Of a stretch of DNA of 64,000 nucleotides, positions 62,193 through 64,000 are shown piece after piece. Positions within the stretch are counted from its first letter, which is position 1, and each line of letters starts with the position of its first letter. The DNA comes from Octopus vulgaris (Eukaryota). Position numbers and translations under genes: made by a program. The notes below the pieces were generated by a model. The model had not been told where the DNA came from. It saw nothing but the letters and a program-made list of their open reading frames with translations, and made no database searches. The stretch spans positions 129,208,001 through 129,272,000 of the forward strand of contig OX597815.1 of assembly GCA_951406725.2 (NCBI GenBank). The letters are read 5' to 3'.

Positions 62193-62231
62193 ACCTGAAG
62201 ATTGCATAGTTTAATGCATGAAAGTACTAGT
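62193..62231 (+). ncRNA. Minimal hammerhead ribozyme motif
   Basis: ac-CTGAAGA-t-TGCAT-agttta-ATGCA-t-GAAA-GTA-CTA-gt. Perfect 5 bp stem II, palindromic AGTACT stem III, CUA triplet. Stem I is only 2 bp because its 5' side abuts a repeat insertion. Confidence 0.7.
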
Positions 62232-62371
62232 TCAATTAGAATGGTCATTTAATATTCTATCATTTCATTATATTACATTATATTATTACAGTATTGTAAA
62301 TAAAGCGTGAAAATCAGACAAAGTTGGATTTTCTTTGAGTAATATATTCTATACACAATCATACACACAGC

Positions 62372-62421
<50 letters not shown>

Positions 62422-62422
<1 letters not shown>

Positions 62423-62655
62423 GTAAAAAGCACCATCCGATCGTGGCCATTGCCAGCCTCCTCTGGCCCCTGTGCCAGTGGCACGTAAAAAGCACCCACT
62501 ACACTCACGGAGTGATTGGCGTTAGGAAAGGCATCTAGCTGTAGAAACACTGCCAAATCAGACTGGAGTCTGGTGCAGCCTCCTGGCTTCCCAGACCCCA
62601 GTCGAACTGTCCAATCCATGCTAGCATGGAAAATGGATGTTAAACGATGATGATG

Positions 62656-62656
<1 letters not shown>
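62422..62656 (+). mobile_element. RTE-tail repeat
   Basis: aaaagcacc units plus cactacactcacggagtg...catgctagcatggaaaatggatgttaaacgatgatgatg. Confidence 0.88.
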
Positions 62657-62740
<84 letters not shown>

Positions 62741-62809
62741 CATCATTTGTAAAAAACATAAATCCGGAGAAGCACACATAAAAATGTAGAGCAGTATATA
62801 TTTTACTGG

Positions 62810-62992
62810 GGAAGGCTAGTTTATGGGATTACTCTGGGTTCCCTGTCCATAAAGGGTTTAACTTTATGGCGTATCATTAGACTTCCAAAACCTGTTGGCA
62901 TAACCAACAGGATTTGGGGGTCAAATGATACGCCATAAAATTAAATCCTTTATGGATGGAAAACCCAGAGTAATCCCATCAACCAGCCTTCC
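62810..62992. repeat. ~185 bp hairpin element inside (TA)n
   Basis: ggaaggctagtttatgggattactctgggtt...cctgttgg-cataa-ccaacagg...aacccagagtaatcccatcaaccagccttcc. Confidence 0.88.
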
Positions 62993-63037
<45 letters not shown>

Positions 63038-63283
63038 GAGTATTAATAGAAACACTTGTAAGTAAAGATGACCAACTTGCTGTTAGTAATAAACAATTAT
63101 GAACTTCCTAATCTCCATTTTCTTCTTTTAAATGAATATAAACTACGTTTTTATATATACCTTTTATTTTAAGGAAATTCATTCCACCAAAATGCTAGGT
63201 ATTGAACCAGTTATTTCCTTGGATGAAACTGTAGCATACACCCTTGTGATATTTCTCTCCTTTTTATTATATACTAGCATTAA

Positions 63284-63504
63284 CCCTTTAGCATTTGAAC
63301 CGGCCATATCCGGCCAAAAGTATTCTGCCTGTTTTATATTCAAACTGGCTAGATCTGGTCTCTCACACCAACCCTACAATGTCGTTTTAAAACTTAACAG
63401 CTACCTCATCAAAATCTCATAGCTCCAAGATAATGCTTGATTAGTTCAAGGCAATGTGGATGAAAAAGCATTAATTTTGGTAGAATAATGTGAACACTAA
63501 AGGG
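63284..63504. mobile_element. piggyBac-like MITE
   Basis: TTAA-CCCTTTAG...CTAAAGGG-TTAA. Confidence 0.8.
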
Positions 63505-64000
63505 TTAAAGACCCATCGTTGCCGGGTCATAGTGCTAGTGCATGTATATATGTGTATATATATGTGTACATATTACATGTACATCTACACATAAAATACA
63601 AAATACAAAGTTATATCTTGATATCGCTAATGATAACAATACTCAAAATATATAACAGACTGGAATTGTTAGCCCGTCTCTTGTGATTTCAATCAATTGT
63701 ATCTTGTCCTCCCGCTTGTATAGAAGTGTGGCTACAATCCAGCCTACCTCTACTTCTGGGAGAGATGGGGGCATTTTTAATTTTTTACCGGGATTGTATA
63801 CTTTATAGACAATAGTCTTTTCTTTAATTTAATTTTTTATTATCCAGCTGGACTATTCCATTTCTGCACGCTAATTTTATTTTTAATTTATTCCCATTCA
63901 TGTGAAACCACTTATTCAAGTTCAAATCATTGATGCAATTTTATACCAATTGCTATTTTTGCTTTTGTTATGTTACAATTATATTATACTTTAGTTTGAT

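Overview
AT-rich, microsatellite-laden eukaryotic DNA. The SINE/LINE content and (CA)/(TA) arrays suggest an octopus or other coleoid cephalopod (inference). The window is mostly the 5' part of one minus-strand gene that the ORF track largely misses. It has a probable non-coding exon 1 near 61.3 kb in a CpG-enriched promoter region, a signal-peptide exon (32167-32290) and four phase-compatible exons (18490-18709, 10706-10975, 9695-9818, 8484-8602) encoding glycosylated fibronectin type III repeats. The product is possibly an R3-type receptor tyrosine phosphatase, and the gene continues past position 1. Its introns hold RTE, CR1-like and R4-like LINE remnants, several Penelope-like element (PLE) remnants, mariner, pogo, hAT, piggyBac-like and Helitron-like elements, foldback elements and many SINEs. 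The most notable unannotated signal is a set of about eight type I hammerhead ribozyme motifs linked to PLE remnants or their repeats. These include an intact-core tandem pair 379 nt apart in the sense orientation of the host pre-mRNA (24201-24666), and a PLE 3' end where a tRNA-like Pol III promoter sits just upstream of a hammerhead (9940-10345). All calls were made by eye, without database searches.
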